Position numbers and translations under genes: made by a program
Assembly (NCBI GenBank): GCA_009103225.1
Contig: RHPI01000260.1
Location: forward strand, 131,156-195,155
Direction: 5' to 3'
DNA from: Chlorokybus atmophyticus
Taxonomy: Eukaryota; Plantae; Mesostigma and Chlorokybus algae
Length of the DNA stretch: 64,000 bases
In this document: positions 49,016 through 62,366 of the stretch, one piece after another
Position numbering within the stretch: the first letter of the stretch is position 1
Layout: every line of letters starts with the position of its first letter
Notes under the pieces: generated by a model
What the model saw: the letters and a program-made list of their open reading frames with translations, nothing else
Told to the model about the DNA's origin: nothing
Database searches by the model: none

Positions 49016-50111
49016 ACCACCGCTACCTGGAGCTAACACTGTGTGGTCAAAGCATTCAGCGGAAGCACACTCTTTGCTTGTGTTGACCTGCAAACCGCAT
49101 CACTTTCCCATGCTCACTGCATGTGAGAATGGTAGGCAAGAATGGGAAAAGCTATCAGCCGTTTTTAGAGCCAAGAACAACGCCGAGAGGTTGCAGTTAC
49201 GCAAGCAGCTGAGTGGACTCAAGAAGGCAGCAGAACTCATCACGAAGTATGTTGTGTGCGCGAGAGAGCTGTGGGCGGACCTCATCACGTCGGGCACAAC
49301 ATGGAGGAGATGGTCGTGCTGGCTATTGTTGCAGGGCTACCATCAGAGCACGAGGTCGTCGCAACACTGCTGGAGACATCGTCATCGGAGCTAATGCTGG
49401 ACGATGTATACCGAAGCTGCTCACCGTGGAGCAGCGGGTGATGAAGAAGGACGAGTAAGCTGATGACGTGGCCTTCTACACCAACAAGCACATGGAGAAA
49501 AGCAACCATAAAGCGAAGAACAAGGGCAACAAGCCGGGCAATCCTCGTCACAAAGACCTCACATGCCACTGGTATGGTTGGAAGGGGCACATTGTGAAGG
49601 ACTGTAAAAAGAAACAATAGGGGCAACGTAGAGCGAGCACTAGCACTAGCGGCAACGAGCACCAACAGAAGGAGAAACATGTCGCATTCACTGCATCCAG
49701 TTCGAGGGCGGGCACAGCTTTTGGGGTGGTGGACTCTCGCTGCGATTGTCATCTTAACCCCAAAAAGGAGATGATGGAGGGCTATAACAAGCTGACATCC
49801 GCAGTGAAGGTGGCAGGCTTTGATGGCGAAGTACTGATGGCTAAGGGAGTTGGCAACATCCGGCTCCAGTGCAAAGTTGGTAACACACAGCGAAATGTGT
49901 TGTTACGAGATGTCCTACATGTTCCAAAGGCTATTGCGAGTCTGTTCTCTGTGAGAGTTGCTGAGCGCTTAGAAGCAAAGATAGTGTTTTGGAAGGGTGG
50001 CTGCTCAGTCATCCTTGATGGGGTCGTGCACATGGATGAAATCGCTGATCCGGGAGGGCTCTACCATGTAGAGCAGCCTCATAACAAGACATCCAAGCCA
50101 TGGTGGTAAAG

Positions 50112-50494
50112 TGTTGAGATGGGCGATGACAAGCATACACATGCACAAGTGCACGCCACAACACCAGCGTCAGGAGACAATACAAGACCATATATTGCCA
50201 TCATGTCCACGGGTTTTGTACCCGCCAGCTACACATGCTTCTACTTAAAAAGCTACTGCATCTAGCACATTCAACCATAACTTGCGCTTTACATTGCTCC
50301 ACGTAGCTAGCTTCAAGAGCTTAAACAAGCTATAGCACACGTTAAATAGGTAAGTAACCACCGAGATACAATGATTCTACTACAGCGCCATGAAGTCTCC
50401 AGACTCCGGTTTCGCCGATGCGCCTGGAACCTTCTAGCGGCTATTCTTATGCAAAGGGCAAGCCGGCTGACTTAAATGTAAGAAATTCTCATTA
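50112..50494. mobile_element. Probable second solo LTR (Copia-type, TGTTGAGA start) interrupting pol between protease and integrase
   Basis: Removing it restores AMVVK|DKESPTL; flanks TAAAG/TCAAG; 3' end imperfect. Confidence 0.55.
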
Positions 50495-53400
50495 TCAAGG
50501 ACAAGGAGTCGCCAACATTGTAGCATTGTAGGTTTGAGCATCTGAGCTACGTCAATCTTAATCAACTAGTCGCTAAACAATTGGTCAAGGGCATTGATCT
50601 CAATACAGAAGAACTCAGAAATGCGTCAGGTGCACTTTATGAACCATGCCTGGTTGCAAAGCAGCATGCTATGCCATTCCCATCATCCTCTTCTAGTAGT
50701 CAGCATCCTTGCGAGCTTGTGTTCATGGATGTTTGTGGCCCTATGCGCATTGTGTCCAAGGGAGGGGTCAGGTATTTTGCTACATTCCTCGACAACTACA
50801 GCATGCTGTCCATCATCTTTCTGCTAGCGCTGAAAACAGAAGTTGCTGGAGCTGTGCGCGCAAGCATGGCCTTGTTGGAGACCCAGTCTGGCAACAAGAT
50901 GAAGGCAATGAGGAGTGATTGAGGAGGGGGGTACATCAACAAGGAGTTGAAGGAGTTTTTTGCAAGCAAGGGCATATGCCACGAGATAACAGCACCCTAC
51001 ACACCGCAGCAGAATGAAACAGCTGAACGCCTCAACAAGATACTCTTGGAGCGTGTTCAAGCCATGCGCAGATACAAAGATGGAAGACCGTATGTGGTAG
51101 GAGGCAGTTCTTACTGCCAACTACATCCGCTACAGGTCTTTGGTGAGCTTAAAGCAGAAGAAAAAGACTCCGTGGGAGCATTTATGGAGCCACACCAGAT
51201 GTGAGTGGTATGCGCGTGTTTGGATGCACAGCATATGCATTCGTGCCTGGACAGGTCAGGCACAAGTTGGAGCCGATCAGCAAAAAGAGCATGTTTGTTG
51301 GCTATGAACCGGGTTCCAAGGCTTACAGGTTTTTGCTCGAGGACATTCAGAGGATCATCGTGAGCAGAGAGCTGGTTTTTTCACGAGGGATTACAACAAC
51401 CAGAAGCAGGCTTCTTTCCTGAAGATGAAACACAGCTGGAGGAGCTTTTCAAGACAGTGGAGGTTGCAGGCAAAGCTATTATCAACAGCAAGGGTGAACA
51501 CGACTCAACTGTAGCAGGCCATAAGGAGCCGCATTTGCAGCAAAAGCGCCAGCTTGGTGATACCTAGCGAGGGAGAAAAAGGCACCTGACTTCCTACACA
51601 AGGCACACATTGCCAGTGTGCAAATAAGGAGCCTAGCACCGATGAGGAGGCATTGTCACCACCCGATGCGAATCAATGGCAGCGTGCGATGGACGAGGCG
51701 ACTGCGTCACCCCATGGCAACACTTCATTGGAGCAGATACCGCAAGGAGTGAAGACCATTTCAGTGAAGTGGGTCTCCAACATGAAGCGTGATGGTTAGG
51801 GCAATATGAAGCGCTACAAGGCAACATTAGTGGCAAAGGGCTTCTTGCAGCAGGAAGGTGTGGACTTCAACTAAGTGTTTGCACCTGCAAATAATCCTAC
51901 CACCTTCCGTCACTACTAGCTATGGTTGCTGTTGAAGACCTAGAGTTGCATCACCTCGATATGAACAGTGCCTTCCTTTATGGAAGGCTAGCGGAGCAGA
52001 TCTTCATCGAGCAACCACCTGGTCATGAAGAGAGGCACGGCGTGCAAGCTGATCAAGGTCTAGACAAGCTGCGACAGGCACCGAGTATGTGGCACATCAA
52101 GCTCACTACGGAGCTGGAGGCACTCGGCTACACTGCAGCCTTTGCAAATCTTGGACTCTTCATCCATGCAGACAACAAGGTCTGGCTGCTTGTGTATGTG
52201 GATGACATCATCATGACCGCTAGGCGGGTGCACCACCTGCAGGAGACGAAACTTGCTTTGCAGCAAGCATTCTCAGTTCGTGAGCTTGGACAGGCCAAGT
52301 GGTTCCTTTGCATGATGATTGAGCGCGACAGGGCGGCTTGCACAATCAAGATCAGTCAGCAGCAGATGGTGATATAATTGTCACCAAGTTCGGGCTCACA
52401 AAAGTAAAGACCAAGACCACACCGCTAGCACTTGGCACTGCCCTCGTTAAGGCACAAGATGGGGAGGTACTCGACAAGGCTCAATATCCACATGGTGAGC
52501 TGGTAGCTAGCATGCTTTATGTGGCAGTGTGCACACGTCCCTCTGTTGCACATGCTGTGGGAGTACTTGCTCGCTACATGTCTGCACTGAGAATGGAGCA
52601 TTGGAGAGCATCGAAGGGAGTTCTACGCTACGTTGCTGAGAGCTCGATAGTTGGTATATAAAGTTTGAGAGCGGGAGCAGTTGAGTTGGAGGGCTACTGC
52701 GACTCGGACTTTGCTGGTAACCTCAACAGCAAGAGGTCCAGTACAGGCTACGTCTTAACGCTCAATGGAGGTGCGGTGAGCTAAAACAGCAGGCTGCAGT
52801 CAACAACAGCAGCATTTTCATCAGAGGCTGAGTACATGGCAGCGGCAGCAGCAGTGAAGGAGGCACTCTGGCTTTGCAAGCTCATGGCACACCTAGAGCA
52901 CCCCATGACGTGCATTGTCATTAGCTGTGACAGCCAAGGAGCTATTAAGTTGTTAAAGCATCCAATCGCCTCGGCAAGGACGAAGCACATTGATGTCATG
53001 CATCACTCTGTGCGTAACAGAGTTACAAGAAAGGAGGTGGATTTCCAATAATGCTCAACCAAACGCATGCTGGCGGACTTCATGACAAAGCCATGATCAC
53101 TGGTTAAGTTCAAGACTTGTTGCGCAGGACTTGGCATGTGTTTAATACAGGATTAAGCGTTGGAGGTCAAGCTGCTCGCATGGGAGTGTTGAGAGTATTC
53201 CTACATATGATCAGCATCGACCCCTCCACACTTGTGCAGAAGACTTCGTAAGGTGGAGCATGTGGACTTCGGACCTGGCGAGACATTGTTCAGCCCGAGT
53301 CTGGACTTCAGACTAGGCGCCTGGAAGATACTTCGTATCTCAATGTATACTAAGCCTTACAAAGGGCGTAAGAGCTTATTATAAAGTTCTGGTTGTGAGA

Positions 53401-53719
53401 AAGACAGCGCAACTTACAGCGCAACAAAAGGCTGAGTATAGCTTACGTAGTGCTTGCAAATGGAGACGCATGTATATGTATGTATAAGTGGTATAAGAGC
53501 CAGCGGACAACTTGCAACAGCTCAATGTGATGTGACTTGTGTATGCTCTGGTGGCGGTAGCTCTGTCCGTGTGTATCCATGCATGTTTTAGCTACATGGG
53601 CATGCTAGTAATTCAACATGATAGCCTTGTATACGCAGTGATAACATCACTAACCCACGCACTGGGGTTTCATGTTCATCTAATGATACAACATGTGGTG
53701 ACTGTGATGACCAACAGGG

Positions 53720-54900
53720 ACATTCAGCCTTTGTACCAAGGCCTCACTCGTGCAACATTTGGGAGTGCCTGAGTCATACATATAACAACTGCAGGTGCCT
53801 TGGAAATTGTACCAATGGACATTAATATCAGGTCAGGAACCAAGACACGGTGAGGAATTGGTGGATCAAACATCATCGTCAATAACCAAGGGACATTGTT
53901 TCCCTTGCTGACATCACCAACTACTTGCAAACATTTCAGGTGATGTGTCTAAGATCCTTTAGACCACATCATTGTCATGCACTGCAACATTGCAGAAAGA
54001 CAGTGCACTTGTATTACAAGAAAAGGAAAGCTTACTGCGGTCAATTGAACAGTAGCTGCTGATGGTACAATGTTAGCAACAAATGGTAACTCACACTTCT
54101 CCACCCCGCATTCCTATGCAAAGTGTTTATGCTTGGGTGGGTTGCTGCATTGCGCCATCCGATAACCATTCTGTCCACACTTGAGACATACTCCACTCTA
54201 AAAGCGCTTGTTCTTAACATCCATTGAGATGCTCAAGGTGCTAGCTGTCTATTTGCATTGTTGCTATTTAAGGGCACATGAGCCTTTACCTTACCCTTGC
54301 CCTTGACATAAAAAACCCAGACATTGCATTTCGCTCCTTGAGTCGAAGAGGACGGACGTTCACATATAGACAATTTTGCAGTCTTAGCGATCATAAGCTG
54401 CCGGTTGTCAAAGTCAATGGCAGTCCTCACCATCACGTCATAGTCCTCGTTTGTAAAAAAAACTTCAAGCCCATGTACATCAGGTTTGAAGATAAGCTGA
54501 TCTGGCACAGACATGGGCAGAGAGCGCCAGAACTTGTCCATCTTTTCAGCCTCAGACATTGGCATGTCAGTGCCAATCTCGGCAACCAACGAGGTGAAGA
54601 AGAGGTGGAAGTCCTCAACCAACTGGTTGGGATGCATCCGCAGAGTAGCCGACTTGTCGCGTGCCTTTTGGGAAGGGTTGACACCCCCAAACGCATGGGT
54701 GAGTGCCTGTTTCAACACTGCCAACGTGGTAGCATCCTCTCCCTTGGCTTGAAGCCTGGGTTCTGCGCCCTCCTACATGCGGGTTGCAGTACCTCAGGTA
54801 TGATGACATCAAAGTCACTGCACTTGCTTCATTGGCGGGCAATGGCGCTCACCCAAAGAGCACGCTTGCTGTTGAACAGCTAGTTACGCAACTGCGTGCC
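53720..54900 (-). mobile_element. Ty3/Gypsy gag, zinc knuckle and protease remnant
   Basis: KARDKSATLRM..QLVEDF..LVAEI..MSEAEKMDKF (retrotransposon gag); CLKCGQNGYRMAQC (CCHC with H>Y) at ~54157-54198; YDSG protease motif near 53770. Confidence 0.8.
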
Positions 54901-55259
54901 GAAGTCCTTGCCTTTACTATCAGCAGAGTTAAAGAAACATCCCAGGTGAGGCAGCAAGTTTTTGTTGACGGTAATGGTTGCCACATTGGCAAGCTCCTCA
55001 GCATGACGCACTCGCATAGCTTCCATCTCAGCGCGTACAGCAGCCAAGAAGCCGTCAATGCAGTTGGGTTGAGTACCTCATTGTTGGCCATGTTTGCTTT
55101 AACGCAAACCAGTCTTGAGCAAAATAAACTTGGTCACACCATAGAAGTGTGACGCACAGCACAAAACACTGCCAATGCCAAATGACTAACCGGTGGGTGC
55201 AGTAACACAATACGCTCACTAGCTATACTCTGTGCAATAGCAACACTTGTGCTACGCAC

Positions 55260-55862
55260 ATGTCAGACATGACCCACGCGCTAATATCAATGGTTAGGCT
55301 GACCATCCATGGCTCGGTTATGTCAACAACTTAGCCAGCTAATGCAATTAAGCACTAGCATACATGTGCATACACTATCAGTCATGCCATGGTGTATGCA
55401 ATACAGTTCTACTCAGTCTTCAAGCAGAACCATCACAGCAGAGGATGTCTCAAGTTTTCTCCTCAGAAAAGAAAGGCTCCCAAAGACACACCCGTGTAGA
55501 AGTCTGTCCTGCAATCTTCCTTCGCACACCGCTCCCAACAAAGCACACAACCTACCCGGTATAGAGCAGAGGGAAGGCCCCTTGAACATCTACCGCCAAG
55601 CACCCCTCACACAGTAGTGAGCATAACGAACCCCCACTGGTGATTGTCTGGTCACTGCCAGCAATCTCCTTATGTACTTCTATCTGCTGCCTTCCCAAAT
55701 GACCACGCATTGGCCGAGAAGCACCTTATCAGCCAGCTGGCTGTGTGCTTTCAGCTTCACACGTGCTGACCTCAATCATGTGGTCCGCCCACTTAGCACT
55801 AGGATGGGAGCTACATGTATTTGAATAAGTACATTTCCCTTGCGGGCGATTCAGAGCATAAC
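55260..55862. mobile_element. LTR-like remnant distantly related to the 48010/19236 family; candidate 5' LTR of the minus-strand Gypsy
   Basis: gggaaggccccttgaac vs gagagccccttaaac, followed by tatgtac..tgctgc; boundaries uncertain. Confidence 0.35.
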
Positions 55863-57347
55863 AAGTCACGCCGTTTTTTAAATGAATTGACGATGTGGTT
55901 GGGTAACCAGTAGAAAAACAACCGCAACCAGGTACTCAGTTATGTAACCGCGGAAAATCATTGAACTGAGCCACGCTGCTGCATGATGCGGCCGCCAAGA
56001 ATTGAGAGTTCCGCCAACTTCCTTGCCAAATAGCGCATCAAACTCTCAACTTTTATGGTTAGGGTTTGGCAGTGAAATGTGCACGGTTCCTCCTACTTTA
56101 AGAAGCAATAACTTTAGGTAGAATTGTCATAAAATCACGAAATCAAACCGTTACGGCGTGCTACTTGCAATTTGCCGCAACTTCATATAAGCAACACTAT
56201 AACTAATTCGGTCTGGTTTAAGAGATCTATCGCAGCCAAAAAGGGACAATACTCGGTACTCAAATAAGTACAAGTACTTTTTTTTTGTACGATTCCCATC
56301 CTAGTGTTAAGTTGTAGTACTATTAGTCAAGCACATCGCTTGGCTAATTAGTGTCTGCTTATCTTAGCAGAGCACCCTTACGCAGATGATACGAAAGCGA
56401 GGTTGTTCGCACATGAGGCAACAGAGCATGTCACATCACATTATGTTATTGCGTGCTGATTGGCCCTATGCTGGCTTCTCTTGGTACTTGTACAATTCCT
56501 TGCTCAAGGCCCTTGGGCTCAGAGGCAGGTTGTAAACCGCTGACCAATATGTATTGTACTCACACATGGAAGGAACAGACAGCAACCTGCTGTCATGCTC
56601 TGCTACAGCAAGCACTGTTATGCGAACGAGTAAGCCTTACCTTGCAGGCGTGACATACGACCGTCTGAGCGGTCACATGCTTGCGCAATGATTGGCTGTC
56701 GGCGCGCAGTGACCAGGGTCCGGTCCCACGGGAACGAGGGTTATGCTTGCGATTTGTCTCGAATAGGCGGCAATGAGCTTGATAGATGACGTGGGCAAGT
56801 CGCCTGGCGACGACCCCACGGGGAATGGCTTGGGAGGAATGTAACATATACAGGATATGGCATATATGAGACATGTGGCTCCCCTTAGGGCAGCGACTTT
56901 TGCTGCCATGGCTTAATGGTTAAGGCGCCAATGTTACAAGTATCGCTTTTCACAGAACACACAGTGCTTTGCCCCATGCTAAGCAGGCACAACCACATGA
57001 CGATTTCCGATGAGAGAGAATGTCAAGTACAGCGACAATGTCAATAATGCAAACTTTGAAGGAGTGCCTTGGGTATATCATACCATGCTGGTATGTGAGC
57101 GGCCGGTGGCAATATTGCCATTAATGTTGCCAGCAGTGTTTTATCCGATTGCTTGTAATATGCTGTCGCTGCGCTATCGAGCTGCCATATCGGGGGCTCT
57201 GAACACTGTTGTTTGTATTTATAGCAATACAAGGTACAAAAAAGCAATGACGCTTTTTGTCAGCTCCGCGTGCGATGTCGCCTTCGCCGCTGCGCCCCGC
57301 AATTCAAGCCAAATAGCGACAGCACTGGGTGCACCCTTTGCTAGAAG

Positions 57348-57444
57348 GGGGTTTATTACGGATGATATCGTATATCATATATCGTATATCATGTAATAAA
57401 GCCCCAAAGATTGGAGCCCCCCACGATGGGGGGCTCCAATCTTT
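57348..57444. repeat. Two adjacent hairpins followed by a G tract
   Basis: ggggtttattac...gtaataaagcccc (57348-57405, with internal repeat tatcgtatatcat) abutting perfect aaagattggagcccccc-acgat-ggggggctccaatcttt (57406-57444). Confidence 0.9.
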
Positions 57445-57896
57445 GAGAGGGGTGGTGTGTGTGTGTGGGGGGGGGGGGGGGGGGGNCGTAATAGTACGCA
57501 GGATAGCGTAACTTGCATTATTGTCGCAGTTGTTTATCGTGACGCAAGTCTCGTAAATTGTTTCGCCTCAGATATTTGCGGCTGTGGCGAGCTATGACTG
57601 CTCATGCTTATGATCAATAGCGTTCGCATAGGAGAGCGGCCGGTTTGCTGCATGCAATGTCGTGAACAAGCTTACAAACTTGTGTACAAGTATAATCAAA
57701 CCTACGAACACTATTATAGAGCGTGCATATACACAGTTGAGCAAAAACTCCGAGGAAGTCAGCCCGCGCACGAAGAGGTCCTATTTGCGAGAGGGAAATT
57801 ATGATAAGGAGGGGGGGCATTATAAGTAACAGTTATTTGTAATGTCAGCGGTGATGCAAGCTGAGCCCACCCACCCTTCTCCCCTCTTTGTGGTGT

Positions 57897-57929
<33 letters not shown>

Positions 57930-59406
57930 CAGCCTGAGCTGCCCATCCTCGAGAAAGCAGCGACGCCGCGCTCTACCTCACCTACCTCGCCACAACCCAA
58001 AGTTCCACCTGTGACTGGGGTGCCGTGTTACCGGCGAGCTGAGCGAAGGAGGCGCTTCCGAACTTGGCAAAATGAAGTTGCGAAGTAATCGCTTCAGGGC
58101 ATCGCCCTCGACCGAGGTCGGCGCTGACAATGATGCAGCGCGCGCCGCAGACGCGGCTGTCAATCGACGTTTGTGTGTTGCAACTTGCAAGTCAGATTGA
58201 GAAGGCTTTAACCGTAAAGCGTAATATGCCGCAACGTGTGTCCAGTACTGTGATGCATCGTACTTTGCAGGGTACGGTGACTGTTGGACTATGGACCATA
58301 AAACGAGGATGCCATACCACCTGCTTGGCATTTTTGGTCCAAAGTAAACCCATGAATTTATGGCTCTAATCATCGAGCAAGCAATGAGGCATGCAGTGTG
58401 AGCGAACCTTATAACAACATGTGGAGATAGAATATGATCGGATAATGTTATGGATGTATCTATATAATGCAATTCAGGTAATAAAAATAGTATAATTTAG
58501 ATTAAATTGTAAATTATATGTTTATTTTACTATTATAACTAATACAATTACCAATTACATTTTACCATGTTGCAAAGTCTGCAAGATGACAAGGCGCTGC
58601 GTAACAATACAATACAACAGCGCTGCATATGCATTACGTCGAAGAGTATAAGGTTTCACAAACACCGTGGTCATTAAGCTTATTGTACAGACACTTACTC
58701 GAACGGAAGGCCCTCATATATAAGCCCCCCACCCCTTCATGCATGTGGTTGTCATTCACACAAAGAAGGGGGGGGGGGGGGGGGGGGGGGNGCTTTGGTC
58801 GTGTATGATATGGGTATTATACGGTATTCAATTTATTGTGCTACTACTGTGGTATGTATTACATCAAAAGATTTTGCTAACCGCAGCCCGAGTTCATCTG
58901 GCCCTAGCAGGCATTGTCGTAACTGCATATCATGATACTGCATACAGCAGGTACATACATGCATATAATGTCATCGTCCAATACAGAAGTACGGTTGATG
59001 CCAGGCTTCCAGAGCACAGTCAGCAGTGCTTTAAAGTTGAGGTCCAGTTGGGCCCGATAGGTAGGCCCTACGTTATAGCCGCTAGCAGCACACGTTTCTC
59101 AGTTTAAACACACATACTAGGTAAACCGTCCCTAACGCTTTTGGAGATGCTTTTAGGGACGGAATCTTGTTGTCGGCGGCAAACTTGTTGTTGGTGAATG
59201 TTAGCCGCGCCTCAAGGGAGCGCTGCACTGACTGCGCAAGCTAACCCAAACCTGTGGTCACTCGACCAGATGATTAGGGGGCGAACGTGACTGAGGGGCA
59301 ACTTGAGCAACCCTTTCTCGGTTACATACCGCCACCCAACCGACGTTCTAACCAGACATGCTCTGAGCGGCGGCGGCCGCTTCAGCCTTGATCAGCACAT
59401 GCGCCA

Positions 59407-59414
59407 GCATATTC
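59407..59414 (+). promoter_or_regulatory. Candidate P1BS (GNATATNC) phosphate-starvation element upstream of PTB; a second match at 58625-58632
   Basis: GCATATTC 216 bp upstream of ATG 59623; short motif, so a chance match is plausible. Confidence 0.4.
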
Positions 59415-59622
59415 GCATTGCATGCCCGCGCCACGCGTAGCGCATAGATACATTAACGGTGAAGCTGCTGCTGAAGCGCACAGCGCTGTGGTAGAAGGTG
59501 CGGCGCACACTTCGCAGGAAGCAAAGCTGCGAGGGGGAGGCAGTCGGTAAGGGCGTGTGCGTGGCCACGAGTGGAGCTTGGGCTGAGGGGTAGGAGCAGG
59601 AGCGGCGGCGGCTGCAGTAGCC

Positions 59623-61930
59623 ATGGCGGTGCTGGACAGCTACACCTGGATTTTTGGAGTTGGTACTGTGTTCTCCTTCATCTCCGCCTTTGGGATTGGC
59701 GCCAATGACATTGTAAGTGTGCTTGTCGGTTGCCGCCTACGAAATGTCATTGTCTCTTGCTGTGCAAGCGGGGTGTTGCATGCGTCGTCGAACTGACTTT
59801 TGATTTTGCTGCAGGCCAATGCTTTCGCCTCCTCCGTGGGCTCCAAGGCCCTTACCATGCCCCAGGTTATACTGATCGGTGCCGTCTGCGAGTTCACTGG
59901 CGCCATTCTTCTGGGTGCGTCGGTCACTGACACAATAAAGTCGAAAATTGCGAAGCCCGAGGCGTTTGCGGCAACACCTGGTACGCTTGTCGAATTGTTT
60001 GTACGATGATGGTGATGTCACGCGGTGGTCCATATGGAGAGCATGAGTAGTGGCTGCATCCCAAGTAGTGTCAGACACATCATGCATGCTGACGTTGATC
60101 CTATCATGTACTGCAGAGCTGCTGATGTATGGCTTCCTCTGCGTGCTCATCGCCGCTGCTTTCTGGGACAACCTCGCGTCCCATCTGGGCCTGCCCGTGT
60201 CCACCACTCACACCACCGTTGGTGGCACCGTCGGCATGGCCATCGTCCTCCGCGGCTTCAACGCCGTTATCTGGTCCAAGAAGAAGAGCAGCTTCCCCAA
60301 ATTCGATGGCATGAGCGCCATCTTCGCTTCCTGGGGTACCTCACCGCTGCTTGCTGGGGTATTTACAGTCGTCCTCTACGGTTTCACTCGCACTGTCATC
60401 CTGCGCTCTAAGGACTCGTTCCGCCGTGCGTTCTACATTCTGCCCATCTTCGTCGGCCTCACCTTCTTCATCGTCACCTTCTTCATCATCCAGACAGGCA
60501 ACAAGAATGCCACCTGGAATACCCCTGTGGCCAACGGCAAGGCTGTTTGGATCTCCGTCATCGTCGCTGTAGGCTTTGCGATCTTGACTCTGGTGGCTGT
60601 CATGCCCTTCCTGAAGCGTTCCCTTGAGCGCGAGGATGCCATCCTCCAGGACATGGCTAATAAGCGCATTGAGGAGGCGAAGGGTCTGGACACTGAGAAG
60701 GGTGCCACTGTCGCTGCCCCTGATGGCGAGCATGCCCAGAGCGTTGAGGCCCTCTCCAAGACGGCCGCAGGCCAGCGCCAGCTCGATGTGGACATTGCCA
60801 ACTTCGGTGGTGGCTTTCACTTCCCTGGCGAAAAGGCAGTGTCTAGATGCTTTTCCGGCTTGAGGGACAGCAAGCTGGGCCAGAACCTTGTGATGCGCAC
60901 CTTGTTCTTTGTAAGTGACACACTTAATGTGGAGCATGCATGCTGGTGCTCAACAGAGCAGTGCAGTTGGCATGTATTGTTCCTTACTGGATGTGTTGAT
61001 ACAGGGTGCCAACTACAAGATTCATGATGATATTTCCAAGGACCCAACCACCGAGCGAATCTGGGCACAAGCTGAGGTGTTTGACTACAAGACAGAGCGC
61101 ATGTTCCGCTACCTGCAGGTGTTCTCCGCCATGGTTATGTCCTTCGCGCATGGGTCCAACGATGTTGCCAACGCAATTGGTCCCTACACCGCTATCTACC
61201 AGATCTGGAGGACTGGTGTTGTCTCCAGCAAGTCCAGTGTGCCAACCTGGATCTTGGCTATGGGTGGAGCTGGTATCGTTGCTGGCCTTGCCACTTTTGG
61301 GTACAAGATTATGTCCGTCCTTGGTGTCCGCACATCTAAGCTGTCCAACTCTCGTGGCTTCTGCGTGGAGCTTTCCACTGCAACTGCTGTTGTCCTTGCC
61401 TCTCGCTATGGCCTGCCCATCTCCACCACGCAGACCATCACTGGCGCCATCATTGCAATCGGCTTGTTTGAGGGTCTGAAGGGTCTCAACTATAGGGTCT
61501 TGTTCCGCATCTTCTTCGGCTGGGTCCTGACACTGATCATTGCGGCTCTTGTTGCTGGCGTCCTTGCGGCCTGGGTAAGTCTTCTTTACCTTCATGGTGC
61601 AATACACTGTTCATACCTACTTGGTTACAATATGTGACTGTTCATGGCTCACCTTTCGTTGCTCTGCAGGGTGCGTATGCTCCTAACAAGTTCCAGACTG
61701 ACGACTTGGTCTACGTCAACCAGTACATGAATGCTGGTTCCAATGCTCTATTGGTTGCTGCTGCTGCTGGCGGTGATGCGACGGTTGCCTCGTCTGTGGT
61801 TGCCATCAACAGCACCCTTGCGGGTCTTACTGGCGCTATTTACCAGTACCCCCGCCTAGTCACCACCACCTTCAACGACTCCTTCAACCTATTCACGTCC
61901 ACTGTCTGCTCAGCCTCTCCTTCCCTTTAA
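59623..61930 (+). CDS. PTB: PTB / PHO4-family (SLC20) Na+/phosphate symporter; exons 59623-59712, 59815-59980, 60117-60910, 61005-61574, 61670-61930
   Basis: Both PHO4 signatures: GIGANDIANAFASSVGS and FAHGSNDVANAIGP; PVSTTHTTVG; SRGFCVELSTA..GLPISTT; intact frame, strong codon bias. Confidence 0.97.
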
Positions 61931-62096
61931 AGTAGCCTATTCGCCCTTTCCTTCTTATAACGTTGCCCTAGACTAGATATTGAGAGTACACCTTGTTAAT
62001 AAAAGTGCTGCACTTTCAGACTTGCTTGTGAGTGCACGGACATATGGCTGAGTGATGGTCATTTTGATTGTGCTGAAATTATGTTGTCGAACACAC

Positions 62097-62119
62097 TGGT
62101 GTGTGTGTGTGTGTGTGTG
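62097..62119. repeat. (GT)n microsatellite
   Basis: Direct reading. Confidence 0.95.
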
Positions 62120-62366
62120 CGCTGAAAGTCCAACTATGTATGTGTGAGTCGTCAGTCTGTTTATTTCCGGTGCTAGTGCGGTGCAAGACGACTTATCGAT
62201 TTGGAACTGTTGGAACTGTTTACTTCTGGTACTTTTGTTGCCTGTAGAAGGCGAGAGCAACTCACATGTGTGCATGTTTACGCGGCTGTGAGTGGATAAT
62301 TGGGTATCTGGGCATGTGCCTGCGCATGCTCGCACACACGCACTCACCCTTGCATCTTCCTCCAAG

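Larger units (their letters stand above)
47322..53618 (+). mobile_element. Full-length decayed Ty1/Copia LTR retrotransposon (half-tRNA primed, Osser/Ty5-like); LTRs 47322-47755 and 53187-53618
   Basis: LTRs TGTTG...CAACA; PBS GGTTATGAGCCC at 47756; gag from ATG 47877 (KLNINNYSVWCAEM), CCHC knuckle remnant, protease VVDS, rve (LVFMDVCGPM...YTPQQNETAERLN), RT (LHHLDMNSAFLYG, YVDDII), RNase H (YCDSDFAG, ARTKHIDV); PPT-like tgggag; flanks TGAAC/TGATA; many stops. Confidence 0.95.

Noticed and set aside
56055-56070. Telomere-like TTAGGGTTT
   Set aside because: Single unit, expected by chance.
57978-58472. 164 aa minus-strand ORF, and 56673-56909 and 57010-57396
   Set aside because: No recognisable motifs, codon bias or splice context.
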